Shown: positions 43,127 through 57,851 of the stretch, in pieces | Layout: every line of letters starts with the position of its first letter | Numbering within the stretch: position 1 is the first letter of the stretch | Source: Paramecium tetraurelia | Lineage: Eukaryota | Direction: 5' to 3' | Length of the DNA: 64,000 nucleotides | Assembly (NCBI GenBank): GCA_000165425.1 | Contig: CT868027.1 | Span: forward strand, 62,001-126,000 | Made by a program: the position numbers and the translations under genes | The notes under the pieces: model-generated | Database searches by the model: none | Told to the model about the DNA's origin: nothing | Seen by the model: only the letters and a program-made list of their open reading frames with translations

Positions 43127-43159
43127 TAAAATGAATAATATATATAATGGATTGCATGT

Positions 43160-44480
43160 TCATTCATATTTTAAGTTTATTTTATTTCATATACAACTTG
43201 ACAATTCCTAAAAGATACCTACATAGTTTATAAAAATAATTCAATTACCTCCTGGCGTTTCTAATTTAATCCTCCTATTAAAGTATTAACAATACATTTC
43301 CGATCATCTTTCCAAAATTCCATCATCTCTTATAAATAATTCAAACCAAGGACAGATTTCATTTGAATATCTTTTAACTCAAATCTAAAGGTTCCCTCAT
43401 CAAAAATTTAATATATCAGAATCAATAATTGCAGTATTCTGTTATTGTATTTCTTGTTTAGAATAAAATAGTAAATTTAGTAAAAGAAATCTTATTTATT
43501 TTGAGACGATTAATTAAAAGCCCATACATCATCCTAATAATAACATTAATTCGTCCCATATCTGGAGAGATAATTCAGAAATTATTGTCATTTGATAATG
43601 ATTTACATTTAAATATTTAATGTTGTTGGAGGCACTTAAGATTGTATGATGAATCCAACATTTCTGAAACTTAATTTTACTAGATAACTTATTCTATAAT
43701 TAATTTTATATAATCTTCAAGCAAAATTAAATCAAAAATGTTTTGAATGCATCATTAAACAATTATATAAATTTACAATTATTTCTTAATTGTTTTAACC
43801 CAATAATATAACTTTAAGAAATAATAAGAAATTAGAATCATTCATTTTGGATGTAATTATTAAGACTTATGAATTTTCAGGATAAAGTTCTCGCATTCAT
43901 ATTCAAACTTTAGAGAATGAGAAAAATAATTCTTTAATGATTTTCCTTATTTTCCTAGTTTCTCTTAAGTCATATAATATTTTAATGTGTTACCATCATA
44001 ATACTTAAATCAAGAGGATTCAAATCCAAATAATTAATAATGTTCACTTTTCCATATTTTATAATTGTAAGCATATTTTCATATTACTAAAGTAAAATTG
44101 CAAGGATAACATACTAAAAAGAGGTTTGATATTTATTTGTTATATACAATTTAGATTTAATAAAGTCCACAAAATTCTATGATAATCTTGGATGTAAATC
44201 ACAATCATAAGTATTTCAATAGGCAACATTATGGTTGTTAATTGTATTCATGGCTTATCTAATTAAAGTGAATTTCTTGAAATATAATCATAAGCAATGA
44301 TATTCCTAATTCTAAGAAAAATTAAGAATAATAATATTGGAATTACAGATAATTTTATTGATAGAAAAGAACATAGGAATTGACTCAATTAAGATAACCA
44401 AATAATATTAAGAATTAAATAAGAACAGCAGTCTTAATAATGTCCTCAAACTTTGTGTATTTATTTATTTTAATGGCATA
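43160..44480 (-). pseudogene. Decayed gene, possibly a histidine-kinase/response-regulator receiver protein
   Basis: Fragments in different frames with TGA breaks; QDDVWAFNQ and LKDIQMKSVLGLNYLQEM resemble receiver-domain motifs. Confidence 0.4.
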
Positions 44481-44649
44481 TTGTAAATATAAAATATAAA
44501 ATAATTTATTTAGTTTTTTGTCTAACATCTACCCTACTTAGGTTTAATATACTTACATAAACAAAATTACATAAGTATTAAAATCTGAGTATTACTAATG
44601 GGATGGTATTGATTGTTATAATTCATTAAAATAATATATCCTAAATCCA

Positions 44650-44688
44650 CCAATCAAATGAGAGTTTCGATATTTTTTGTGTGCCAAT
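44650..44688 (+). promoter_or_regulatory. Two CCAAT boxes upstream of histone H3
   Basis: CCAAT at 44650-44654 and 44684-44688, within 70 nt of the H3 ATG; CCAAT boxes are typical of histone promoters. Confidence 0.4.
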
Positions 44689-44715
44689 TTTTGAGTAACA
44701 TTTTTAATATTAAAA

Positions 44716-45138
<423 letters not shown>

Positions 45139-45447
45139 TATTTATTACAGAAAATTATTATATAAGATTTCATAAATCTTTAAATTTAAATTGCTATTAT
45201 ATGAATATTCAATTGATTCCGTAAGAATAATATCAGTTGTTTGTCGATTCCAATTTGAATTCTTGATTCCCTCCTATTTTTATTAAATGTTTTATTGTTT
45301 AAAAATATAATATTTGATTAGATTAAGAACTATATATAGATATATTATTGAGCCTTAATTATAAATATATCGGAGAAAATTTGTATAAATTAATTGCCTA
45401 ATAACTTTATAATTTGTATATTAATTTTATAAGTAATATATCAGAAT

Positions 45448-47483
45448 ATGTATTTTGAATGTCCATGCTCCTTTAGAAAGGAATTAGAACAAGAAAATCA
45501 AATAATACAACACATAGATAATTGTGAACAATTTAATAGTGACAGTCCTCTATGCAATATGTACAAAAGGGGGAATGTTGATGAAGCACCAATTGAATAA
45601 CTAGTAACTTTTTTATGCGATCTCAAATTGCAGGTTGAAAGAATAGAAAATGTTTTAAGAAGACGTATAATAATATAAGCTTAATTTAGGTGGCTATAAC
45701 AAAAAGACAGCCTCAAATTAACAAGAATTAAATTTTGATCATTATGCTAAATACACCTCGAGTTCCAAAATCCGATCAAATACTTCTGGAGTGAAATAAA
45801 ATGGAATCACAGTCAAGATTGTTTCTCATAACATCTCAAGTGAAAAATAACAAGGCTAAATTGAATAAGAAAATCTAAACTAAAATAATTAGCTGCCTCC
45901 TACTCCTCCTCTATCACCTAGTCGATTTGAAGAGGAGAGAAACTAAAATACATTTACAGCTCATTAACCAACCATGTTAATTGAAGAATAACCAAAAACT
46001 AATGGCCAATAGCAATAACTATAAAAATAGCCATCAGATTAAAAGGTTGCTTGTGAAGCATGTAGAAAAGCCTTCTATTTCAATCAAGATTTTGAAAAAT
46101 TATGGTTTTTAGAACATTGTGGACATGTAATGTGTAAATTATGTATTCATCGATTGGCATAAGAAAAATTTGTTGAAAATGATGGAAGAATAATGTGCAA
46201 GGAAATCGGATGCATTGCAAGGATTACATACTTCGAATTAAAATAAATACTTGGAATTGATAAATTCAATGAATTGGATAAAAAATTAGCTCTTAAAAAT
46301 TAAAATATCGTTGAATGCATTAAATGCTAGTCTCAATTCTCTTTTGAAAAAGGTAATCCTAACGAATAAGTGAAAGATTAATAAGGTAAAAGTATAAGTG
46401 GTGATGCACTAGTAAATTATGCTAATAATCGATTTATTTGTAAATAATGTAAGACTGAACAATGTAGATAATGTAATTCAGTACCATTCCATATTGGAAT
46501 GACCTGCTAATAATATAAGACTAACTAATAAGCAAATAAATGTATTCTTTGTGATTTCCCTTGTGAAGGAAAGGTTTGTAATTAGGAAGATTGTTAAAAA
46601 AGAATTTAAAGATTATGCCAAAAAACCTTAGATTGTGGTCATGAGTGTAATGGAGTAAAGGGTGAAGAATGCTTATGCTTACGATGCTCAAAACAAGAAC
46701 CTGATGACTATTGCAATATGTGTTTCACTGAAGCCTTAAAGAGTGCTCCTTGCATTAAAACAGAATGTGGGCATATTTTTCATGAAGAATGCATAATGAA
46801 GAAACTAGATGCCAAATGGAATGGACCCAGAATTGTGTTTCAATATTGTACATGCCCTTTATGTAAGAAATGGTTGGATGTTAAACATAAGGAAATTTAA
46901 GCAAAGTTAAATGTGGCTTAATAATTAAAATTATAAATATAGGATTTGTGTACAGAAAGATTGGATATAGAAGGATTGAAATAAGCAAAAGAATTAACAG
47001 ATCCTAAAAGCTAGTATTATTAAAAACCTCATGAATTTGCGATGGATAAATTTTGTTTTTATGAATGTTTTAAATGTAAAAAGCCGTATTTTGGAGGAAT
47101 GAAAAATTGTTAAGCTGCTGCAGAGAATAATGACAGAGCATAATTCAATAAGGAAGACTTAATATGCTCTAGTTGCTGTCCAATCTCTTTTGAAGCTAAA
47201 TGTAATAAACATGGAGTTAAATATATCGAATTTAAATGTCGATTCTGTTGTTCTGTTGCTGTATGGTTTTGTGGGTAAGCATATTTTATATATAATTTTT
47301 AGAGGAACTACTCATTATTGTGAACCATGCCATAGTGGAAGAAATCCGAACATGAATAAACCTTGTCCAGGACAAGAAAAATGCCCATTGGGAGTCAATC
47401 ACAAACCAACTGGTTAGGAGAATGCATTAGGCTGTGCACTTTGTAGGTCTTAAAGAGTTGATGATATTCTTAAAAAAAACTGA
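45448..47483 (+). CDS. E3 ubiquitin ligase: RING1-IBR fused to MYCBP2/Highwire-type RING-Cys-relay module, 660 aa
   Basis: [89 protein letters not shown]; introns of 25 and 28 nt. Confidence 0.9.
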
Positions 47484-47760
47484 TGTATATAATTAATATT
47501 TTATGTAATAACTATTTCTTAACTATTCCATATAAAAGTATATTTCAGATCTATTTGTAAACTCCTTTAATAATATATGCAGTAGGAATTGTAGATTTAT
47601 AAAAATATTAGATAGGATGATTTTTGAAAAATTATTCATATATCTATATATATATACTATTTTTGAATTATCAACTACCCATAGATCAGAAATAAGAAAT
47701 TGAATGTACAAATACAGACTGATTCGTGTATGATTAATTCTAAAGTTTAATTAATTAAAT

Positions 47761-50159
47761 ATGCGTTCTAATTAACCAAAAGCCACAGAAAATGGGTCTA
47801 AGCCATCACAATATTTTGAGGGCAATAGAAAAGGAGAGGTAAATGAGTTGAAAATGTATCAATATATTCATTGAATATGTAGATTGGTTAAGAATACAAT
47901 AAATGAAAAGGATGACAAAAAGAAACGAGAAGTAGTTAAGAAGGTGATTGCTTACATGACATTGGGTAGTATTAGATTCTAAAATAGGAATCGATGTTTC
48001 TAAATTATTCCCAGAAATGTGCATGGCCTCTTATACTAATGACTTGGTATAAAAAAAGATGATATATTTATATCTGACAACATATGCAGAATAGAACAAG
48101 GATATGGCATTCATGGCCATTAGTACATTTCAGAAGGATTGCAAACACAATGATCCCAAAATTCGTGGATTTGCTTTGAGAAATTTGTGCTCTCTTAGAT
48201 TTAGTGGTGCAATAGAATTTTTAATGCCTGCAATAAAGGAGGCCTTATCAGATATTGATGCATATGTCAGAAAAACAGCTATAATGGGATGTGTAAAAGT
48301 TTTCTACATGCAACCAGAGTAATTAAATAATATTGAAGACCAATTATATAAAATGATTAGTGATAATGATCCTCTAGTAATTATAAATGCCATTCATGCA
48401 CTCAATGAAATTCTAGCACAAGAAGGTGGAATGGCATTATCAAAAAAGATGGTCGATTATTTATTAGGGAGGTTGAAAGAATTTAATGAATGGGGATAGG
48501 CCACCATTTTAGATGAGCTTTCCAAATACTCTCCAAAAGATGACAAGGAAATGTTCAACATTATGAATCTATTAGAAGAAAGATTGAAACATTCCTGTTC
48601 AGCAATTGTTTTAGGAGTTATCAAGGTTTTCATGAATTTTACTAAAAATAAACCTTAAATATATGAATAAGTCATTACCAGAGTCAAACTACCATTAGTC
48701 ACTTTAGCTTCTATTAGCGAAGGCAATTTTGAAATAATGTATACTATTTTGTGCCACATCAAATATATTGCATCCAAAGGGTACAATTCTGTATTTGCTT
48801 CCGATTACAAATCCTTTTATTGCAGAGTAGACGAACCCACCTACATTAAATTACTTAAACTTGAAATTCTATCATAAATCGCATGTGATTTTAATTTAGG
48901 AGACATGCTTAATGAACTAGGAGAATATGTTACTGACGTTGATCAAGAGATCTCTAAAAAGTCAATCTAAGCTTTAGGTGCTATTGCCATAAGACTACCT
49001 GATTTAGCAACTGCTATTGTAAAATAATTGTCATCCTTTGTAACTTTATAAGACTATATTACAAACGAAGTCATTCTAGCATTTAAAGACATTTTGAGAA
49101 AAGATCCAAAACACATTAAGGACTGTTTAGAAATTATCCAATCTGATAATATAACAGATTCAAATTCAAAAATTGCATTGATCTATATTCTTGGTCAATT
49201 TGGAAGCCAGATTCCTTTGGCTCCATATATTCTAGAAACATATATAGGGGCCCAGGAATCTGTAGAATTAAAGCATACTCTGCTTACATCTTGCTTGAAA
49301 GTGTTTTTTGTTAGAGCACCAGAAATGCACTAAGTCTTGGGTAAGCTATTTTATGTGATCATTAATAATGAGAACGAGGATATCGATTTGAAAGATAGGG
49401 CTGCATATTATTATAGAGCATTAAAATCAAATGCTAATGAAGTTAAGTAATTTTGGTAATATAACATTAAAGTCGATAAATTCCTTGAAGAAACTATCAT
49501 AAATAAAGAAGCTCTACTATTTGAATTTAATTCTTTGTCTGTCATTTATGAGAAAAATGTAAACAAATTCATAAAGCCAATTGAATACTTTAATAATCTT
49601 AGAAGCAAGGAGTTACAAGATCTTAATTAAGAATAGTCACAAACCCAAACAACTTAGGAATAGACCTCAGATGTTATAGAAAATCCATAATCATAACCTT
49701 ATGGCTAAACAAATGGCTAAACTAATGATCTCCTTGAAATTTCTGAATAACCTCAATAACAGATGTCTCTTAGTGTAGATAGTTTCATAGTCAACTTTGC
49801 AATTGATGCTGATCATTTTGAAAATATGTGGACCAATTTAAACGATGGGTAATCTGTCTATCCTTTATATTAGGGCAACGTTTACAAGGATGTTAGTGCG
49901 AAATGATATTGCCAACGAAACCTCAATTGAATAACTATTCAAGCAATACAGACTGTATAATATCGCTGCAGGAGAAGAAGAGAACGTATTGAAAATGTAT
50001 TTCTACGGGTCACATTAATGCTAAGTCTTTTTTGAATTTGAGATTAACAAGAATCTTAGTACAGTTATACTAAATACAAGATCGGAAATAGAGGATCAAG
50101 CATATTTAGCATCAAAATATGTTGAAGATTTTCTTAGATAAGTTCATTTAATTGAGTGA
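47761..50159 (+). CDS. AP4B1: Adaptor complex beta subunit, AP-4 beta-like
   Basis: KKVIAYMTLGIDVS, DPKIRGFALRNLCSLR (AP-4 type), FYCRVDEPTYIK, DLKDRAAYYYR; three introns give 775 codons. Confidence 0.85.
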
Positions 50160-50316
50160 TCATATTACATTAAATATATATATTAGAGTCAATCATTCAC
50201 TTGTTTAACCACAAATAATTTTCAAATAACGATCTGATTAAAACTATGATTAAAAATTTAAAATTAATGTATATAAACGATTTTTATTATATACAATATA
50301 TAATATAATTAAACCG

Positions 50317-51883
50317 ATGTACATTTATATTGGAATAGGTGTTTCACTAATTTTATTATACACTTTGGTGATTAAACCATTAATCTCGCTTTTATTGATC
50401 AAAATCAAATTTGGAAAATAGGCTAAAATAATTTTTTACCCAATTGTTGGAGACATTATGGAAATCGAAGGCTCTTTTAAAAAATACAACGATCATTATG
50501 AATCCTTAAGAAGATACTTTACAGAGAACAAAGACTTAAAATTTATTTTGTTAAATGTCTTCAAAACTCCTCTCATCCTAATTGGAGACCCTGAAATCAA
50601 TAAGATGATCCACCAAGATCATGAAAACTATAAAAAAATTGATTTTTTAAACAATAAGTAAAAAATATCTAAATTATAAGTTCTCGTCTTATGGGACAGG
50701 GTCTACTGTATTAGTCTGGTTAGAAATGGAAGAGCCAAAGAAAATTATTGGGAAAGCCTTTTGATTATGACAAATTAAAAGCAAGAATTCCAATGATGAA
50801 TTAAGTCGTCAAATAAAAATTGAAAAATACTTATAACAATCCTTTAGATTTAACCAGATCTATTGCAGGGGAAGTTGTAATATAGACATTCTTTGGATAA
50901 GAGGCCTAAAATGCATAACTTAATAATAGAGAGGCTCAAGCTGAAATTGTCGAACTGTTTAATGATGTAGCAGAAGCAATATATGGTTCAGTGTATGGTT
51001 TTCTGAAATGGATGATTTTGGGAGAAAAGCAATGGAAGTTATTTCCTAATAAACTAGAAAGGGACATCAATAGAAGAATAGATGAACTTACTCAATTTGC
51101 TAGAAAGGTTATAGATAATAGGATTACAAGCATAAAGCAGGAAGGATTTAAGAAAAATTAAGATGATTTTGATTTCTTGGATATTCATTTATAAGAATTT
51201 TTAGGATCTAAGAATGAGAGTGGAATCACCAAAGATGAAATAATATCTTAGTTTATCACTTTATTTTTTGCTGGAACTGATACCACATCGAGCGTTGCCG
51301 CTATGTGTTTATTTTATTTAGCTTAAAATCCAGATGTTTATGATGCATTGATTAAGGAACTAGAGAATGTAGTTGGTGATGGTGATGGTGATGTTCTTGA
51401 TTAGCATCTTCCAAAATTATAAGAATTGAATTCATTCATTTGGGAAGTATTGAGAGTGAGAAATCCAGCCAGTGGACCTTTAGTGAGAGTGGCTAAATAA
51501 GACTTGGTGCTAAAAGATTTGCATATCAAAAAAGGATGGATTTTAATGCCAGCTAATTTTGTGTAATAATAAACAGATAAGTACTTTGAGAATTTTAAAG
51601 AATTTGATCATAAAAGATTTTTGAAGGCATAAGCGATAAAAGAAGATAATGGTTATGTTAATATTCCATTTTCTGCAGGCCCTAGAAATTGTATTGGACA
51701 AGTAATTTAATATTCTTATATATTTAGCATATGGCACTCATGGAAATTAAGATTATCTTATGCCACATTTTGAGAACTTTCAAAGTTATCACAGTGCCAG
51801 ATAAGATAAAGGATTTAAAATGGAGAGCCAAGTTTTTGTATTTCTACGAACCTTTAGATTGCATATAATTAGTCAAAAAATGA
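50317..51883 (+). CDS. Cytochrome P450
   Basis: N-terminal anchor, WKSQR, FAGTDTT, EVLR, heme motif PFSAGPRNCIGQ; two introns give 506 codons. Confidence 0.95.
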
Positions 51884-52041
51884 AGATTGATTAACATTAA
51901 TCCATATTCAAGAGATAAATTATTTGAATTTTAAATATTATTATAAAAATCTATGGGATCCTTGGTTTATATGATTTCCTTTTATAAGGATGATAATTAG
52001 CTATGGAGTTTATTTATTTTAATTTTATATTTATAAAAACT

Positions 52042-53478
52042 ATGTCACTGTAAAGAGAAAATACATTAATTAAGGAAAATAGGTTAAAACGGATTCAAAA
52101 ACTATTTGTCGCGCGTAGTTTGGCGATGAATGAACCATAAACTCAAAGTGACAGAAATATTTTCTAAGAAATCAATGATGAGTTCAATATTGATAAAGGT
52201 CCAAAGTATAATTAAAAGGGTGAAATCATTAAGCATTCAATAATAGGAAAACCTGATTGGTTCAATAAAACAAAGTATGGAAAAAAATAGACTTAATTCG
52301 ATGAATTCAATCTTCGATAACTCCCACAAAAATCACAAACTCGAATTGATTAAGATTAAAAATCAATGGCCAAAAGCGATGTAAAAAGTTTATAAAAAGG
52401 TGGAGGTTCTGGAAAATTCAAAAAGGAGAAGAGAGATTAATTAACTACCAAAACTCAGTTACTTGAAGAATTGGAAAAGATTAAAGACAGAATTGAATTA
52501 AATAAAGAAATAGAGCAAAGAAAAATCAAGTAACTATTAAATTCTAAGTTTAGGGAACTGTAACTTGTTGTTAGATGCAATGCTACAAAGTAGGAAAGAG
52601 TAATGGATAAACATACTAAGATGGAATAATACTGGAATGATTTCACTTATAAATAAGCAAATCAATTAGGTAGATTTCCTTCCGATTGTCAATTGATTTA
52701 AGCCGAAAATTATAGAACAAGATTAGAAGCTGCTGCAGCATTTGATGCTCTCAAAACAGACTATGAAAGATTTGGACCAAGAGTTTGGTAAATGACTCTA
52801 AGAAAACCTGATTAATCAAATGAAATGTTACTTAAATTAAAGGATACATAAATGATTGTAGAAAATGAAATAAAATATGATTTTATAGTGGTAATTAATA
52901 TTAAAGATATTCAGGGATCTGACTTGCCGAATGCTTTTACAGAGTCATCTGTGTGTGGACATAAGGGTGGCATAGAATACTATAGAAAACCCAATTTTCT
53001 GCCTGATAGCAGTCAATTAACATTCTCCAGTAGATTCAGAAAATCTACAGACTCGGAAATGAATTAAAGCTCGCTTCCTTTTAAAAGTTTTAGAAGCGAA
53101 GAATATTTGATGAAAAAAATTGAAAAACAAAAAAGTTAATTCAACTAATCTCATATGTTATCGATCGATAAGACTGATGGATATGATTAATTAATAATAT
53201 TGGGAAAGAATTAGTATGAAATAGAAAAATAAATGTTGCTGCATGATGGAACAGACAATACGGGAGTATATCGTAAGAACATTGAAAAGATACCTGAAGA
53301 ATTAACTAAGGAATAGATATATGAGTAGAATTTCACTGGGACGTAGAGATTGATTCTGCCATAGATTTACAAGACATAAATGTCAAGAATTAAAAGGCAA
53401 GGATCTGCCACCAGTAGAAGTTAGGACTCAAGGAGCAGTCAGGACTTTCAAACAGAAAATTAAACAGTTATATAATGA
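52042..53478 (+). CDS. Protein resembling the N-terminal half of MYCBP-associated protein (MYCBPAP)
   Basis: GPKYNQKGEIIKHSIIG and QLGRFPSDCQLIQAENYR resemble remembered MYCBPAP segments; open frame to TGA 53476-53478. Confidence 0.6.
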
Positions 53479-53539
53479 ATAGAAAGATTTTGATTTTGTA
53501 TTTCACATGATTAATATACTTATTTTATATTAAGCTTTT

Positions 53540-54049
53540 TCATTTTTTCTTGTTTCCTCCTTTAGCTTAAGCTGCTGCTTTTCCACCTGTATTATTCTTT
53601 CTCAAAGATTTAAGTTAGGTACTGAGGAGTGCACTTCTCTATTTTTATAATTGAAAATAGCATTACTCTCTTTCTGAGAATCATAACTCTAAATCTATCA
53701 AAATCTGTTAATTTAGCTCTCAAAGCTTTCTTGGCAACTTTCTTGGCAGCAATAGTATTTTGATATTGTGCAAATGGGTCACTCTTTTTAATTGCCTTGG
53801 TAATCACACCAGTTCTAGCACCTCTTGTGGCACCTTTAAGATTGAATTTGGTAAGTGTCAATCTTCTGATTGGGATGACCTATCTTTACACACCTGTGGT
53901 TGGTCCATCAATGAGGACTCTCTTGTCGTTGAGGATTTCAACAATAGTGGCCAATTTGCCTTCTTATGGACCATAGTTGATCTTGACAACTCTTCCAACT
54001 TCAGCAAACTTCCCAAGCACCTAGAAAAATTAATGGATGTTCTTACCAT
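53540..54049 (-). CDS. RPL14: 60S ribosomal protein L14 (eL14)
   Basis: Intron directly after the ATG; FAEVGRVVKINYGP, KRVLIDGP, LTDFDRFRVM; second intron of 28 nt. Confidence 0.95.
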
Positions 54050-55158
54050 CTCTAATAAAACAAATTTTTTTTATTATTTAAAAATCCTTTTAATCTTTTT
54101 AAAAAGAGGTGTTAAACTAATATATAATATATTATAAATTATCTTCACTCAACCTAAGTCTTCTCTCTTACAAATACATTTAGTCTAAATACGAGAATCA
54201 TTTGTAGAATTCACACTTGGGTAAATAAATTATATAATTATATAAACTTCAAATGCTTTATTTTTATAGAAAAAATATGATACTCCTCATAATGCTACAT
54301 TCCTTTCATTTATGTCTAATTTTAGAATTATTTACTAAAATCCTAATTTCAAATAAAAATAATCATTTTTAATGATGATGCAATATAAAATGAATCTTTG
54401 AAATCTCTTAAAACTATACTAAATAATGTGTATTGCCACTTTAATATTTAAACATTAGAAGTTTATTAGTAAATATTAAATACCATTTTGAAATGGGATG
54501 AAAAATGTAATGGCAATTATATTAACCAAGAAGATAGAAGGTTCATTTAAATTTAATATATTTTAGATAATATAATTAATATTAAACTAATAAAAAATGA
54601 AATAGAATCAGAATTAAATAATTGTATCATATCATATCAAGTCAAATGAAAATCTTTAATTTACTATCTAATTAAAGAGGTTTATTTTAATTACTATATA
54701 TAAATTTACTTAAAAAAAGCTAATTATTTAAATGAAATAGAGGTGCTAATCTTGTTAAATTAATATTTAAATAAATGATTAAATTTAAATAAATTCCCTC
54801 ACTAAATTTCCATAGGATGAAATAATAATCAGATAAAAATGTAGAATTATTTTTATATCACTATCCTTTACATGAATACTATGTGTTTATTAATTCAAAT
54901 TTAATAATTAAATAATTAATCAAGTTTTTTTGAATTGTGAATGTCTTCATCATGCATCTTTCTCTTTAATTTTGTCATCAGAAACTATTCTCTTTGAGCT
55001 ACTCCCAATAAGGATCTCTATCTTATTTTATTAAATTTTAATCCTTCATAGATCTTTCTTCAAATTATCCATTTTTTCATAAAAGTACTTTCTTTAGGGG
55101 ATTGTGTTATATTTATTAAGAGATAAGGAAAGTTATTATTAATTATTGTAAAATTATA

Positions 55159-57821
55159 ATGGCAAATACTAAACAAAATATGAGACCATTACGGCCTAAC
55201 TTTAATATAAAAAATACTTCTTAAGTTTCAGAATAGGAGCCTCCACAACCAACTCTTGAAAATAGAGAGTACAAAGCTACAGAGCCAAAAATTAATTTAA
55301 GACCTTTCGTACGTCCGCCTAGTTCAAAAAAAGATGATGTTCAACAATCGTAATAGTTTTAAGAATCAATAATGGATTCGAAAGTGGATGATTAAAAAAA
55401 CACATAACAAAGTAACAGATTCCACTTACATTTAAAGGAAGAACACCAGTAAATGGATTTAGAAAATTTAATCTACAAGCTGCTGCACCTATCTCATAGA
55501 ATGAAGAGGTCTTGAATGTGCCTTAATAATATTAAGGACCAGCCATTAATCTATTTGCTAATAAAGAAAAAATTTAATAAGAAGTTAGTCAAATCAAATA
55601 AAAAGAATTAAGGCAAATGGTGCAAGTGCAAATGAAACAAAGACCTCTGAATGCACCTGAAACGAACATGTTTGCTGGTAAAGAGTCAGTTGATGGTCAG
55701 GATACTTTCAAGAAGATGAAACCCATTAAACCAACAAACAATAAAGAGCCAATCACCAAAGACACTATCAAAGTAGCAGAGCTTTTGGAAAACAAGATTC
55801 AGTTTCAGGCTCCCTAGGAAGATCAGCAGATTGAAACCAAAAAGGTTCCTAGAACAAGAGTTAAGTAAGCAGTTCAGGAATAGATTGATATCGAATAGTT
55901 GAATAATAATTAGTAATAGAATGCAAAACAACAAGGGGAGGATACAATGATGGAAAAGACTCAGAGAGAGATGAATAAAAATATAAGTAAGAAAACTGGA
56001 AAGACTAATTAGATTGCATAGTAATAATAATAAAATGTACAACCAGAGGAAACTAATAAATAATTAGCATAAACAAAAGAAGCAATCCAGAACCCTTAAT
56101 AAACTGTCACTTCAATAGATGATTACAAGGAGAGAGTAAATAATACATTAATTATTCAATAGACTATTTAATTTAATACTAATACTACAAAAAATGTGTT
56201 GTAAGGCAAGACAGAGGAACAAAAGAAAAGAGTAAAGGAATTGCAACAATTAATAACGTTAGAAGTAGATGATTATAGCAATTAGTTAGCGATTCAACCA
56301 AGAAGTAAGACAATTCACTATATATTTAATAGCTGAATATGAAACCTATCTCAATCATATCAAAGCAAACATAATCAGAAATTCTTGTGATCAAGCATTT
56401 GATGACCGATTAACAGTGGATACTTAAACAGATGAATTTTAAACAAATGATTTCGGAGGACAATGTCCAGAAGACTATAATAGAACATTCCTTGCTCACA
56501 AACAACAATATCAAAAGGACAATCGTCTATGTGAGTTCATTGAATAAGCTTGTGAGATTTTTGACGAAATTCTTAATATTGGAAACAGAAACCAGATTCA
56601 GTTTGATTAAGAACAGTTGAATCATAAATTTCCTGATAAAATAAAAAGTGCCTTCAAATGCAAGTGCTTAAACATCGTAGCTCATTAAATATATAATAAT
56701 CAATTGGAAATATTTGAAACCTATTACATCGAGAGTGATAAATTTAAGTGGCTCAATGGCTCATTGATAATTTAATACCCCTAAAATGTGCTTTACTATA
56801 TTCCTTCAAAAGTAACATGTTTGATTTGTGAATAAAATTTATTGATTTGTGGAAATGCAGACGGATAATTGGCTGGATGGAGTATAAATGATGTTGGGTA
56901 CAACAATAAGTATATTGATAAAATGAGAGAACTTTTGTAGAATGAATTTAAAATAAAAAGTATTAACTTTGCTTCAGAATGGAATCTCTCAATTTTAGAT
57001 TAATTTAGCGATACGAATATGAACTAATTGTCATAAATACAATAAATAACCCATAACTCATTTATCAAATTGATTTTTGAAATAGTTGTAATGGATGTAT
57101 TTGGAAATATATAAATTTGGGAGGTTTAAGATTTGAAATATAATGAATAAGAAAAGCTATATGTAGATTTAGGAATAAAGTCAAAAAAGAAATTAGTATT
57201 ATTAAATACAATCAGCAAGAACCTGACAAAGATCTACAGTTGTATGAGTATGGACATAGATAAGTAATATGAATAATTTAATATTTTATAGTATTCTTAT
57301 TTGTGGACCCTCAAAAGTGATTAATATTTCTCAATAACGATCCTATTTTGATGATTCAGATATGCAACCCTGTGTTATTGGCAATATCTATTATAATTAT
57401 TTTTGTGTTGGATATATTGATGGTCATATTGCGTAATCAAAAATTTATATTTTGTAGAGTATTTCACAAAGACTTTACCAAGTCGATTTGGTAATTGAGA
57501 ATTGGATTAAAGAAGATCATTTGGATCAGAATTCTTTCTGATGGTTTGATAGGTGCCATTGATAGTGAATAGAATATATATGTATATTGTGCTAAGGATA
57601 ATTCCTAAATGGTAGGAAAGTAATTGGCTGATCAAGATCGTTGGAGATTCAACTATGCTTAGTATGTTTTTATAATTAATTCAAGCTAAAATGGTTAAGA
57701 GTTGACAATAGTAGGAAAAGATAAAAATACTGATTTGCAATTGATTAAAGAGAGATTAGAATTATAGGGAACCAAAACTGACATTTTCGATAACATTTAT
57801 TTGGATTATTATGGATAATGA
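55159..57821 (+). CDS. WDR60: Dynein-2 intermediate chain WDR60-like (divergent WD40)
   Basis: Low-complexity N-terminus; QKKRVKELQQLITLE..QPRTEYETYL..QAFDDRLTVDTQTDE matches the WDR60 pattern; C-terminal WD strands; five introns give 844 codons. Confidence 0.7.
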
Positions 57822-57851
57822 AAAATATATAAATAAAATTATTAAATAGAT

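Noticed and set aside
54050..55158. Possible snoRNA or small gene upstream of RPL14 (ATGATGA box-C-like at ~54372; short minus-strand frames 54900-55110)
   Set aside because: No matching box D or terminal stem and no coherent ORF.
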